Positions 10,784 to 20,400 of a stretch of DNA of 64,000 nt are shown one piece after another. Position numbers and translations under genes: made by a program. Location of the stretch: contig JANWKZ010000019.1 of NCBI GenBank assembly GCA_025451115.1, forward strand, positions 192-64,191, in the 5' to 3' direction. Source of the stretch: Bacteroidia bacterium. Its GTDB lineage: Bacteria; Bacteroidota; Bacteroidia; B-17B0; Aurantibacillaceae. Every line of letters starts with the position of its first letter. The first letter of the stretch is position 1. The notes beneath the pieces are model-generated. The model ran no database searches. It had not been told where the DNA came from and was given only the letters and a program-made list of their open reading frames with translations.

Positions 10784-11593
10784 ATGCACTTGCTGCATCC
10801 ATCCATACTGTTCATCAATTTTCGTTGGATAGACGCGTTGGATATTTTTCTTGTAGCTATTCTTCTTTACCAGCTTTACAATTTAGTTAAGGGAACTCCT
10901 GCGATCAGTGTATTTGTGGGTATAACCGCCATTTACGTTTTCTGGATCTTCGTGCGAGCCTTTGATATGAAGTTGTTCGGTTCGATATTGGGCAAATTCA
11001 TTGATGTAGGTGTGATCGCCATTATTGTGGTTTTCCAGCAGGAATTACGAAGGTTTTTATTGTTCATTGGTAGCAGCGAGTTCTTAAGTAGAAATAAATT
11101 CCTTGCCCGTGTGTTCCACCCGGCCAAAAGCGGCTTTGCCGAAGAATACGCACAAGTGGATTTCAGCCTGCTTTTAAAAGCTTGTTTTAAAATGAGCGAA
11201 AGCAAAACGGGAGCGCTCATCGTACTTGCGCGTAACAGCGACCTCAACTTTTACATCAACAGTGGTGAGCGTGTAGATTCGGCTGTAACCGACCGCATGC
11301 TGGAGAATATTTTCTTTAAGAACTCGCCTTTGCATGACGGCGCCGTGATCATTCGGGGTAATCGTATTATCGCCGCGCGCTGTGTCCTTCCTGTTACAGA
11401 AAAAGAGCAATTTCCGGCACACTATGGTATGCGTCACCGCGCCGCAGTTGGCATTACAGAAAGTACCGATGCCGTTGCGCTCATTGTTTCTGAACAAACC
11501 GGTGGAGTTTCCCTCTCAGTGAACGGCACTATACGCTCTAACCTGAATTTCGAGAAACTGAAAATGTATCTTGATAAGGAAATGGGTCGATGA
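10784..11593 (+). CDS. dacA: Diadenylate cyclase CdaA/DacA
   Basis: Three N-terminal TM helices, FQQELRR, PLHDGA, G.RHRAA. Confidence 0.92.
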   Translation: MHLLHPSILFINFRWIDALDIFLVAILLYQLYNLVKGTPAISVFVGITAIYVFWIFVRAFDMKLFGSILGKFIDVGVIAIIVVFQQELRRFLLFIGSSEFLSRNKFLARVFHPAKSGFAEEYAQVDFSLLLKACFKMSESKTGALIVLARNSDLNFYINSGERVDSAVTDRMLENIFFKNSPLHDGAVIIRGNRIIAARCVLPVTEKEQFPAHYGMRHRAAVGITESTDAVALIVSEQTGGVSLSVNGTIRSNLNFEKLKMYLDKEMGR

Positions 11594-12054
11594 AAATAAA
11601 ATTTCTTCTCTTTCTTCTTACACTCTTTTTGTTTCAGGCCTGTTCGTGGGTGGTTCCCTTTTACATTGTCAATACAACCGATAAACCTTTCGAGATAGAA
11701 ATAAAATTAATGCGTTCGGTAAACTCCTTTCCCATTTTCAATTCCCGCGAGTTTTATCTCTACGAAGGAAGCGACAAAAAAATTGATTGGGAAAAGCAGA
11801 AAGAAGTAGTGCCCGACACCTTAGAGGATCTTTCACATTTGAAATTCACTTTGCCCGCCCACTCGTCGGTGGAGATCGGGCGCCTGAACAATGATAAATA
11901 CGAAAAGTACGACCAGTATTTTATTAACGGCAGGGTTTTTAACCTGGAAGGGTTGCTTATAAAACAAGGCGGAAAAGAAACGCGAATAGTTCCAGCCACC
12001 TTCGATACTTACTTTAAGAAAGAAAACCAGGGGGTAACTTTCAGGGTGAAATAG
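11590..12054 (+). CDS. Hypothetical lipoprotein
   Basis: Lipobox FQAC, ATGA overlap with dacA. Confidence 0.65.
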   Translation: MKIKFLLFLLTLFLFQACSWVVPFYIVNTTDKPFEIEIKLMRSVNSFPIFNSREFYLYEGSDKKIDWEKQKEVVPDTLEDLSHLKFTLPAHSSVEIGRLNNDKYEKYDQYFINGRVFNLEGLLIKQGGKETRIVPATFDTYFKKENQGVTFRVK

Positions 12055-12996
12055 CTATTTCAGCGACTCTATTATTTTATTTGCCAAAACCTCCGCTATC
12101 TTCACATTCGATTCGTGAGTCCAGCCGGCAATATGAGGGGTAAGGATCACTTTATTGGACTTTATTAAATACTGAAAGGGCGCGGGAAGTTCATTGGATT
12201 CCATTTTTTCAAATGAAACAGACTCATATTCCAAAACATCCAGGCAAGCTCCCAATACCTTTCCACTATCAATATTCTTTACAAGATCTGCCGTATTAAG
12301 GCACTTTCCTCTTGCTGTGTTTATCACGTAAATATTCTTTTTGAACTTTCTCAGGTACGTGTCATTAACCAGGTAATTCGTTTCCTCGGTTAGGGGAATG
12401 TGCAAGCTTAAAACATCTGCTTTTTCGAATATCTCTTCTTGCGTCGATTCTTTTACAAATTCATTCCCAAATCCCTTTTTGTATTTGTCATAAGCCAGGA
12501 TATTTACTCCGAATCCCTGTAAGCGCTTTGCAAAAGCGCTGCCGGTATTCCCGTATCCGATAATCCCGATGGTCTTTCCTCCAAGCTCAACTCCACGGTT
12601 TGCTTCTCGTATCCAAATGCCTTTTCTTACTTCATCGTTTGCGCGACAAATATTATTTAAAAGCGCGAGCAACATGGCCAGGGCTTGCTCCCCTACCGCG
12701 TTGCGGTTTCCTTCAGGCGCGTGAACGCATTTTATTCCCTTACTTTCGGCATAAACCACATCAATGTTCTCCATCCCCGCTCCTGCTCTTGCGATACACT
12801 TAAGATTGGGCGCACTATCGATGATCTCTTTGGTAATTTTAAATTTACTTCGAATTACAATTCCTTCATATTGCGGAATTAGTTTTTTTAACTCTTCGGT
12901 GGGTCTATCATAAAAAAGATCGCAGGTGTGGCCATTTGCCATAAGCACCTCATGCATACGGGGGTGATTGGAATCTATAAAAAGTATTCTTGGCAT
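12055..12996 (-). CDS. D-2-hydroxyacid dehydrogenase (SerA-like)
   Basis: GIIGYGNTG, INTARG, TPHIAG. Confidence 0.9.
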   Translation of the reverse strand: MPRILFIDSNHPRMHEVLMANGHTCDLFYDRPTEELKKLIPQYEGIVIRSKFKITKEIIDSAPNLKCIARAGAGMENIDVVYAESKGIKCVHAPEGNRNAVGEQALAMLLALLNNICRANDEVRKGIWIREANRGVELGGKTIGIIGYGNTGSAFAKRLQGFGVNILAYDKYKKGFGNEFVKESTQEEIFEKADVLSLHIPLTEETNYLVNDTYLRKFKKNIYVINTARGKCLNTADLVKNIDSGKVLGACLDVLEYESVSFEKMESNELPAPFQYLIKSNKVILTPHIAGWTHESNVKIAEVLANKIIESLK

Positions 12997-14387
12997 TAAA
13001 GTAATATATCTCTTAAGATAAGAGTCGCGATAGAGAAATAGATCACAAGCCCGGTAACATCAACCAGCGTAGCCACAAAGGGGGCAGAACAAACTGCCGG
13101 ATCAAGCTTGGCGCGTTTCAGAAAGATCGGAAATAAAGACCCGGCCAGGTTACCCCAAACCACAACGCCCAAAAGCGTAAGTCCAACCGTTATCCCAACC
13201 GGCATCCAATGCTGCCCATACACATCTACAAAAGACGACCAGATCGCCACGCGCATGAATCCAACCACACCAAGGATAAGCCCAAGGATCAATCCAACGG
13301 CGAGCTCCTTTTTAAATATCTTCCACCAGTCGCGAAACGTAATTTCGCCCAGTGCAAGCGCACGCACAATAAGCGTACTGGCCTGCGAGCCTGTATTACC
13401 GCCACTGGAAATAATAAGCGGAACAAATAGAGCAAGAATAACCGCTTTAGCCAATTGGTCCTCAAAAAATCCCATGGCCGTAGCAGTAAGGCTTTCGCCA
13501 AGGAAAAGTATAACAAGCCATCCGGCGCGTTTTTTTATCAGTCCGAAAATAGAAGTAGCCATGTACGACTCATCCAATTTCTCTACGCCTCCCATTTTAT
13601 GCGCGTCGTCTGTTTCCTCTTCGCGAATTGCATCTACTACGTCGTCAATGGTGATCCTTCCAACAAGTCGTCCTAAATTATCAACAACCGGCAAAACAAC
13701 AAGGTCATATTTCCGAATGAGTTCAGCTACTGTCTCGTTAGAAGTGTCGGTCGTAACCTTGATCACATCTTTATCGTATATCTCTTCAACACGCGCTATG
13801 GGATGCGCAATGAGTAGTTTTTTCAAAGAAAGCATTCCAATAAGCTGGTCCTTTTCGTTGACCACATAAACCGCATACATCACACTCACGTCATCGGCCT
13901 GGCGACGTATCTCGTCGATACACATGCTCACCGAATCGTAGTAATAAATACTCACCAACTCTTTTGCCATAAGAGAACCGGCGGTGCCCTCGGCGTAGTT
14001 CATCAGGTCTGCAATATCGCCCGCCTGTTCGTGGTCTTCAATGTGCGAAAGAACCTCTTCCTGTATGTCTTCAGGCAGTTCATTGATCACGTCTACCGCG
14101 TCGTCGGAGGCCAGGTTGTCCAGCTGCTCGGCGATCTCCTTGGTAGAAAGAGTGGCCAGGATCTCTTCCCTGAACTCTTCTCTGAGTTCAATAAGCACCG
14201 AGGAAGCCGTTTCTTCATCGAGTAGCTGGTATAGGTAAGCGGCTTCCCCTGAAGAAAGGTGGTTAAGCGTTTCGGCTATATCAGCGGCAAAAAGGTCCTG
14301 TAAAAGGAATTTTCCCGACTCGGCGTCGTGATTCTCGGCCGCCAGCTTCAGCTTGTCTATTAATTCGTTGCTTACTTCGAATTGCAT
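12996..14387 (-). CDS. mgtE: Magnesium transporter MgtE
   Basis: Acidic N-domain, CBS pair, GGNTGSQ, DPA..SAPFVAT.VD. Confidence 0.95.
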   Translation of the reverse strand: MQFEVSNELIDKLKLAAENHDAESGKFLLQDLFAADIAETLNHLSSGEAAYLYQLLDEETASSVLIELREEFREEILATLSTKEIAEQLDNLASDDAVDVINELPEDIQEEVLSHIEDHEQAGDIADLMNYAEGTAGSLMAKELVSIYYYDSVSMCIDEIRRQADDVSVMYAVYVVNEKDQLIGMLSLKKLLIAHPIARVEEIYDKDVIKVTTDTSNETVAELIRKYDLVVLPVVDNLGRLVGRITIDDVVDAIREEETDDAHKMGGVEKLDESYMATSIFGLIKKRAGWLVILFLGESLTATAMGFFEDQLAKAVILALFVPLIISSGGNTGSQASTLIVRALALGEITFRDWWKIFKKELAVGLILGLILGVVGFMRVAIWSSFVDVYGQHWMPVGITVGLTLLGVVVWGNLAGSLFPIFLKRAKLDPAVCSAPFVATLVDVTGLVIYFSIATLILRDILL

Positions 14388-14478
14388 AAGGGTGCAAAGA
14401 TAAAAAATCCATTTTTTAAATTACCCTTTATTCTTGTAAAAAGGTGGCCTTTTGCATATTATTGCAGAAAATTACCTG

Positions 14479-16869
14479 ATGCGCCGTATAGCCATTCTTG
14501 CCCTTATCTCGGTATTCTCAGTAGCGGGGTTCGCTCAAAAAAACAAAACGGAAAAACCGCCTACCAATTTCGATTTTTCGCTGTTGGATAAACTTGTTAC
14601 GGTAGGACTTAATAAGTTCAGGGCAGAGAACGGGCTCGACACAATGGATACTTACGAAATACTTGAGAAGGCCGCCGAAAAGAACTCGCAGAAAATGGCA
14701 GAAGATGGGAAAGCAGACGGAAAAGAGGTCGCTTACCTGGCCGCTAAAGACCTGAAGAAATTCGGCGGTTCGGGCAAGGGTGAAGAAATTGTTGTTGTAA
14801 CCCCTATCGGGAAAGGGAAAACGCCGGCAAAACCCGAGGATGTAGCTAAGATCATTTTGGGCAAATGGACCGCGAGCAAAAAAGAGCGTGATGTTATCCT
14901 GAGAGCGTCGAATACATATATTGGGATACGCTCTGCTCCAGATGAGGGCGAAAAGCGCGCTTATCTATCGGCTGTATTCGGGAATTACCAGAGTTTTAAT
15001 ACAGGTGTAAAGCACAAGGCTGAGCTGAAAGTTCCCTTCAATACCAAATCGAAAAAACTAAAAGATCCAGATCCCCGCAAATGCAAGAATTGCGAAAAAT
15101 TCAAAGATGTAGATGCTTTGCGTAATGGGCTGAGTGTAGAAAACGGGAAAGTTTATCTTGAGTATAACAACATCAAAATGCTTAAGCGCCTGCTTAAGAA
15201 AAGTACGGATGGGCTGGCGGTTGATATTGTACAGAAAGATCAATACAGCAAGGAAGAATACAATATCATGGATAACTCGATCCGGAATAAAGGCGTGATG
15301 TTAAAGGTGATGAAGAAGGATAAGTTGTTCGCGAAAAATTTGATCAAGCCTGATAACCCTAAGAAAAAGAATCAAAAGGTCAATAAATTGCGAGTAGAAA
15401 TGGGGGCTTTTCCTCCGGCCATCAAGGGTCCTTACGAAATGAATTTGTTGATCGTGCAGGATGGTATTGTTTGTAAAACCGTTTTGCGCAGCTATACAGA
15501 GTATGTAGACCAGGAAAGCAATACCCCGGTGGAAATGCTTCCCATGCCCGAGAGCCTGGAAGCAAAAAAACCTCCTTTCGAGCCACGCTCGGAGAGCTCG
15601 CTGTTAACTTTTACCATTCCTTTCGAGAAGAATAAGTTCGAGTTCAAGAAAGAGGATATTCAACCTTTCATTGATGCTTTACAGGAGCCTGATTTTATCA
15701 TCGACGGCTTGTATATCTACGCTTATTCCTCTATCGAGGGTGATTCGAATGCCAACTCCAAACTGCAACGCAAGCGCGCCGAGAGCGTGGTAAAAGTGTT
15801 GCAGCAAATGCAACAGAACAAGATCAATCCTTCTATCGTAACAAATGACTCGTGGAACCTTTTCGTACTCGAAATGGAAGACGGTAAATACGATCACCTC
15901 ACCAAGATGCCCAAGGGAGAGGCGATCAAGACAATTAATGGTACTAAGGGGCTGACGGAAGAATTGGAGCCCTTCCTTTCCAAACAGCGTTTCGCACAAT
16001 TGGTGATGGACGTTACCTACGACATAAGCGGAAGCAAGGAAGAGAAATTCTCTGTAGTTCAATTTAACCGGGCCGTGAAGGGCGGCAACATGAGGCAGGC
16101 CTACCGCATCATGGATTACATAGCGAATAAGGTGCTCGAAAAGAAATACAGCGTAGAAAGCTTCGAGAAAATGGTCGTTCCAAACGAAAGCCCCTTCATT
16201 GGACTTCGCATGAACAAGATCTATTACCAGTATGTGCTGAATGGAAAAGTTGTGCATGATGAGGAATATGATGGCGTGATGGAGCTGCTGAAGGCGGATG
16301 GTAGTAATACGATCATCCGATACAATTCGTTGTTTTGTAAAGTTCAGGCAGATAGCACGATTGGCGATAAAGCCGCGCAGGCAGAGATGCAATTAAAGAT
16401 AGATGATCTTTATAAAACAGATCTTCCTAAAAAAATTGTTGATGGGCTTAATATCGAGTGGCAGTTCAAAATTATGGACGCATTGGATACGCTGGATGGA
16501 GCGGAGGCACAACGTGAGGCTTGTATAGAAAAGATCAAATCGTTCTACGACTTTAAAAATGCCACCTGGCAGAACGCTGTAAAATTGGCTTATGCTTTTG
16601 CGCGTGCTAAAGATTATAAGTTCGCGGCAAACATTCTTGAGCCCTACCTCGGACAAAAGCAAGACAAGGTGCTTTATGCCTACGTTTCTATAGCCTCTCA
16701 CGTTCCGGAGAAATTCTTCTCGCACAAATTTGCAAACGCACTAAACCAGATCAAGAATACCAACAAGGACAGGTATTGCAAGCTCTTTGGTGAACCTTTT
16801 ATGAGCTTCCAGGTACTGGACAATCCGGCCATTAAGAAGGAATTCAGGGCGGCTTCCTGTCCTCAATAG
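14479..16869 (+). CDS. Large exported protein: CAP-like N-domain, OmpA-like domain, helical C-terminus
   Basis: Signal peptide from ATG 14479; LN.FR...GL...L..AA (CAP-like); AYSSIEG...N..LQ..RA (OmpA-like). Confidence 0.65.
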   Translation: MRRIAILALISVFSVAGFAQKNKTEKPPTNFDFSLLDKLVTVGLNKFRAENGLDTMDTYEILEKAAEKNSQKMAEDGKADGKEVAYLAAKDLKKFGGSGKGEEIVVVTPIGKGKTPAKPEDVAKIILGKWTASKKERDVILRASNTYIGIRSAPDEGEKRAYLSAVFGNYQSFNTGVKHKAELKVPFNTKSKKLKDPDPRKCKNCEKFKDVDALRNGLSVENGKVYLEYNNIKMLKRLLKKSTDGLAVDIVQKDQYSKEEYNIMDNSIRNKGVMLKVMKKDKLFAKNLIKPDNPKKKNQKVNKLRVEMGAFPPAIKGPYEMNLLIVQDGIVCKTVLRSYTEYVDQESNTPVEMLPMPESLEAKKPPFEPRSESSLLTFTIPFEKNKFEFKKEDIQPFIDALQEPDFIIDGLYIYAYSSIEGDSNANSKLQRKRAESVVKVLQQMQQNKINPSIVTNDSWNLFVLEMEDGKYDHLTKMPKGEAIKTINGTKGLTEELEPFLSKQRFAQLVMDVTYDISGSKEEKFSVVQFNRAVKGGNMRQAYRIMDYIANKVLEKKYSVESFEKMVVPNESPFIGLRMNKIYYQYVLNGKVVHDEEYDGVMELLKADGSNTIIRYNSLFCKVQADSTIGDKAAQAEMQLKIDDLYKTDLPKKIVDGLNIEWQFKIMDALDTLDGAEAQREACIEKIKSFYDFKNATWQNAVKLAYAFARAKDYKFAANILEPYLGQKQDKVLYAYVSIASHVPEKFFSHKFANALNQIKNTNKDRYCKLFGEPFMSFQVLDNPAIKKEFRAASCPQ

Positions 16870-16910
16870 TAGGAAGGCTGAATGACAAAAAAAGAGTTAT
16901 CTTTGTTTAA

Positions 16911-17039
16911 ATGAAAAGAGCAGCTGTTTTAACCGTGTTGGCCCTTGTACTTATGGGGATCCTTGCTTCTTCCTGCCGTGCCCGCGATTGCCGCGGCCGT
17001 AAAAAGACTGTGAAGACCGCCATGGGCGGTTGGCTGTAA
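16911..17039 (+). CDS. 42-aa micro-lipoprotein MKRAAVLTVLALVLMGILASSCRARDCRGRKKTVKTAMGGWL (not in the ORF track)
   Basis: TATCTTTG box at 16898-16905, lipobox ASSC; a second copy of the 3' end differs only synonymously or conservatively. Confidence 0.75.
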   Translation: MKRAAVLTVLALVLMGILASSCRARDCRGRKKTVKTAMGGWL

Positions 17040-17073
17040 GTATTCTGCTTTTTTATTTTCCTTGTTTTGATCT

Positions 17074-18123
17074 ATGGATGACGAAAAACCGAAACACGTA
17101 CGTCGTGTAAGATACAAGGGCAAGCATCCCAAATCTTTTAAAGAGAAGTACAAGGAGCTGAATCCTGATCAATATGCTGAAGCTGTTGAGAAAATTAAAC
17201 AGCAGGGGCGTACGCCGGCCGGAATGCACCGCTCCATTTGCGTTAGAGAAATACTTGAAATTCTAAAGATACAGGCGGGAGAAACGGGCCTTGACGCTAC
17301 ATTGGGTTATGGTGGCCACAGTCTTGAAATGTTGAAGTGTTTAGGTGCGGGCGGACGTTTGTTTGCTATTGATGTAGATCCCTATGAATTACCTAAAACA
17401 AAAGAACGTTTGGCCGCCGTAGGTTACGGATCCGAAGTTCTGATCACACAACAAATAAATTTTTCTAAAATAGATAAGGTCGCAGAAGAGGCCGGTTCCT
17501 TTAATTTTGTTTTGGCCGACCTCGGGGTTTCTTACATGCAAATTGATAATCCAGAAAGAGGTTTTACTTTTAAATACGAGGGCCCGCTTGATCTGCGCTT
17601 AGATCCCGAAAAAGGAAGGTCTGCTGCCGCCCTTTTAAAGGCAATTTCGCGCAGGGAATTAGAAGAACTGCTTTTTGAAAATGCGGATGAGCCACATCAC
17701 AAAGAGATAGCTTCGGCCATTGTTTCGCGCATTGCAAAAAAATTACCACTGGAAACAACAATACAACTCCAGGACACTATTAAAGAGGCATTAGATTTTC
17801 TTCCTAAGGACGTGATGAAGGAGGAAATAAAAAAGGCGTGTCAGCGCTGTTTTCAGGCCCTGCGCATCACGGTAAATGATGAATTTGGTGCTTTGGAAGA
17901 ATTCCTTGAAAAACTTCCTTACGCGCTCGCTCCGGGAGGTCGCGTTGCTATTCTTACCTTTCACTCAGGTGAAGACCGTCGGGTTAAAAAATCCTTCCAG
18001 CACTTGTTACATTTTGGTGCTTACAGCGATATTGCGCCTGAGCCTATTCGGGCTTCGGCACAGGAATCCAGCTCCAATCCACGCGCGCGCTCCGCTAAAT
18101 TGCGTTGGGCCGTCAAAGCATGA
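17074..18123 (+). CDS. rsmH: RsmH/MraW-family methyltransferase, non-dcw paralog with a basic N-terminal extension
   Basis: DATLGYGGHS, ADLGVS.MQID, TFHSGEDR.VK, NPRARSAKLR. Confidence 0.88.
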   Translation: MDDEKPKHVRRVRYKGKHPKSFKEKYKELNPDQYAEAVEKIKQQGRTPAGMHRSICVREILEILKIQAGETGLDATLGYGGHSLEMLKCLGAGGRLFAIDVDPYELPKTKERLAAVGYGSEVLITQQINFSKIDKVAEEAGSFNFVLADLGVSYMQIDNPERGFTFKYEGPLDLRLDPEKGRSAAALLKAISRRELEELLFENADEPHHKEIASAIVSRIAKKLPLETTIQLQDTIKEALDFLPKDVMKEEIKKACQRCFQALRITVNDEFGALEEFLEKLPYALAPGGRVAILTFHSGEDRRVKKSFQHLLHFGAYSDIAPEPIRASAQESSSNPRARSAKLRWAVKA

Positions 18124-18173
18124 ATCAATTAAATCAAAGTTGGTCTGCCCCAGGAAATCTATTTACCAGCAAA

Positions 18174-18350
18174 TAGTTTTTTGCTTTCCTGAAATCTTCC
18201 TACCTTTACTTTTCCCAAATAAACATGCGTGAAAAATGTTTACTTTTCTCTTTTGACCCTATTCAGTCTTGGCCATTCGTCGCAAATTACCGTGACCTAC
18301 GCACTGGCGCCGCAAAAAACGTTAGGACCGCCATGGGCGGTTGGTTATAA
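18174..18350 (+). pseudogene. Chimeric relic: promoter and 5' 29 codons of a homolog of gene 19003, fused to the 3' end of a homolog of gene 16911
   Basis: GTG 18229 gives MKNVYFSLLTLFSLGHSSQITVTYALAPQ (17/29 identical to the 19003 N-terminus). GACCGCCATGGGCGGTTGG is identical at 17015-17033 and 18326-18344. Confidence 0.8.
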
Positions 18351-18364
18351 TATCTTGACTTTGC

Positions 18365-18949
18365 TTGAGTAATCAGCTCACTATACCCCTAAATGCCAGC
18401 GCGCGGTCCGTCATTACGATGGGCTTTATGTTGCAAGCTGTATTTTACTTTGCATCCTTGCTATTTCTAGTCTGGATGTTTGTACGGAATTTTGCGGATA
18501 ATCTAACCGTCCTGTCCTTATTCTTTCTGCTTACGGCGATCGTTTATTACCTCGTTACAAAGAATTTTCTGAAGAACATTTTTTATACCGAAAAGATCAT
18601 TGCGACGAACGGCGCCCTTGTTATGTCAATAAAAAAATGGGGTTGTGCGGAGGAAAAATGGGAGTTCAACCTCGATGAGATAACTTCTTTTGGGCACGCT
18701 GGATCTATAAAGTATACAGACCACCCCATGAACAACGCCGTGATCGATTTTACCGGCCTCGCTGTTGGAGAGCGCCAGTTGCAAGTGCTGGTTGACGACG
18801 GAACAATTGTGATAGAAACAGCAAATGATTCGCTCCGCTTCGGAAAGAACATGCCCTCCTGGGATACAGAAGAGATCGTGGCCCGAGTTGAAGGGTTTAC
18901 GGGCAGGAAATTCGTAAATAAGTATGCAAATGATCCTTCGGTAAGCTAG
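18365..18949 (+). CDS. Hypothetical membrane protein (2 TM plus soluble domain)
   Basis: Two hydrophobic helices; TTG start is uncertain. Confidence 0.65.
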   Translation: MSNQLTIPLNASARSVITMGFMLQAVFYFASLLFLVWMFVRNFADNLTVLSLFFLLTAIVYYLVTKNFLKNIFYTEKIIATNGALVMSIKKWGCAEEKWEFNLDEITSFGHAGSIKYTDHPMNNAVIDFTGLAVGERQLQVLVDDGTIVIETANDSLRFGKNMPSWDTEEIVARVEGFTGRKFVNKYANDPSVS

Positions 18950-19002
18950 TTTTACTGTCTCCCAAAATCTCCCTATCTTCGCTTCTCCAAAATTTAACCC
19001 AA

Positions 19003-20397
19003 ATGAAAAAAATTTACTTCTCTCTCTTTGTACTGATGACCCTTGGTGCATTTGCCCAAATTACCGTTACAACCGCAATGGTTCCTCAATACATCCAGGG
19101 AAATTCGGGTACAAATAATAACCGCACGCCATTTTGGTTCTGGGCTGAGCTTAGCGGCCTGACGCCCGGCGCAACCTATCGTTTTTACAGCGCGGTTGAC
19201 TCTATTGGTGCCGCGCCCACGTCTAACGGAGCGGGCAATCCGTACCTGATCAACCAGGTTTCCAAAACCTTCCGTCGCAGCACCAATGCTTCTTTGATCG
19301 CCGTTGCGGGTCACGATTCATTGACCGCCGATAATACGGGCGGCGCAAAAGGCTGGTTTGGCGTTGAACCAAGTGGAAACGGACGCTTTACTCCCGGAAA
19401 AATTGTTTTTCCAAAACTCGTTTTAAATAACGGGGCGGGCGGAACGGCTGTTGCAAATCGTGTAGATCTGAGCACTTATACGGTTACTGTTTTAAACTTC
19501 GGAACTACTTCGGGTAACGCGCTTCAAGGTTCGGCGCTGTATGACAGCGCCATTGTTAGCCTGGTGGCTCCCAAAAGTTTCGCCGCTCTCTATGATAACA
19601 ACGTTTACACCGGGCGCCCGCTCAGTCTGGCTGTTGTAGAAGATGACGCCATGTACCTGCGTTCAATTGCCGCTATTGCTAATTTTTACCAAAACCAGGT
19701 AGACAGCATTCCGCAACGCTGGGGAACGATCATTCCTAACGCCAATCCCAATGGTGTGCAGGGTTTACAATATTTTGATTTCTCCACTGCAATGCCCATT
19801 AACCCACCTCAGTATACCGACAATGACGGCAACTGGTGCTCGGGAGCGCTCACCGTAAGCCCAAACAATGGAACAACGGGTTTATATTTAAATTCCAATT
19901 TCTCACTCACCGGAACGGCCGGCGGACCGGATACTTTAACAACAGGTTCCCTGGGAACGTTTACAGTAGGCACAAATGGTGTTAGCCCTGCTTACACCTG
20001 GGATTTTGGAGATGGATCCGCTACCTCGGCAAATCCTACACACACTTATACGGCTACCGGAACGTACACTGTTACCGTGATAATACAAACTCCGTATTGC
20101 GGAATTGTGGCCACACATACTGTTGAAGTAATAGCCGGAACTTCGGGAATTAAAAACACAACGCCGTTCAACATGAGTATCTCTCCCAATCCGAGCAATG
20201 GTGTTTTCATGGTAAATTCATTTCCGGGCGAGAAAAAGGTCTCTGTGTTAAATTCCCTGGGCGCGGTAGTTCATGAATTTTCTACCAACGATCTTTCGTT
20301 TGTGGTAAATATCAGCACTCTTCCCAAGGGAATGTATTGGCTCCGGGTAACGCATCTGAATGGATGCGGCGCTATACAAAAGATCCTTGTGAAGTAA
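19003..20397 (+). CDS. Secreted PKD-domain protein with a T9SS CTD
   Basis: YTWDFGDG...NPTHTY...GTYTV PKD motif; SPNPSNG...LPKGMY CTD. Confidence 0.85.
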   Translation: MKKIYFSLFVLMTLGAFAQITVTTAMVPQYIQGNSGTNNNRTPFWFWAELSGLTPGATYRFYSAVDSIGAAPTSNGAGNPYLINQVSKTFRRSTNASLIAVAGHDSLTADNTGGAKGWFGVEPSGNGRFTPGKIVFPKLVLNNGAGGTAVANRVDLSTYTVTVLNFGTTSGNALQGSALYDSAIVSLVAPKSFAALYDNNVYTGRPLSLAVVEDDAMYLRSIAAIANFYQNQVDSIPQRWGTIIPNANPNGVQGLQYFDFSTAMPINPPQYTDNDGNWCSGALTVSPNNGTTGLYLNSNFSLTGTAGGPDTLTTGSLGTFTVGTNGVSPAYTWDFGDGSATSANPTHTYTATGTYTVTVIIQTPYCGIVATHTVEVIAGTSGIKNTTPFNMSISPNPSNGVFMVNSFPGEKKVSVLNSLGAVVHEFSTNDLSFVVNISTLPKGMYWLRVTHLNGCGAIQKILVK

Positions 20398-20400
20398 ATT

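Noticed and set aside
13108-13869. Long antisense or alternative-frame ORFs (also 15679-16392, 25525-26100, 33780-34418, 42588-43097, 56217-56648, 60746-61315 and others)
   Set aside because: They are shadows of well-supported genes on the opposite strand and have no motifs or expression signals of their own.
18225-18350. 41-aa ORF MREKC...VRTAMGGWL as a functional second lipoprotein
   Set aside because: It has no signal peptide or lipobox, and its 5' part is the out-of-frame relic of the 19003-like gene.
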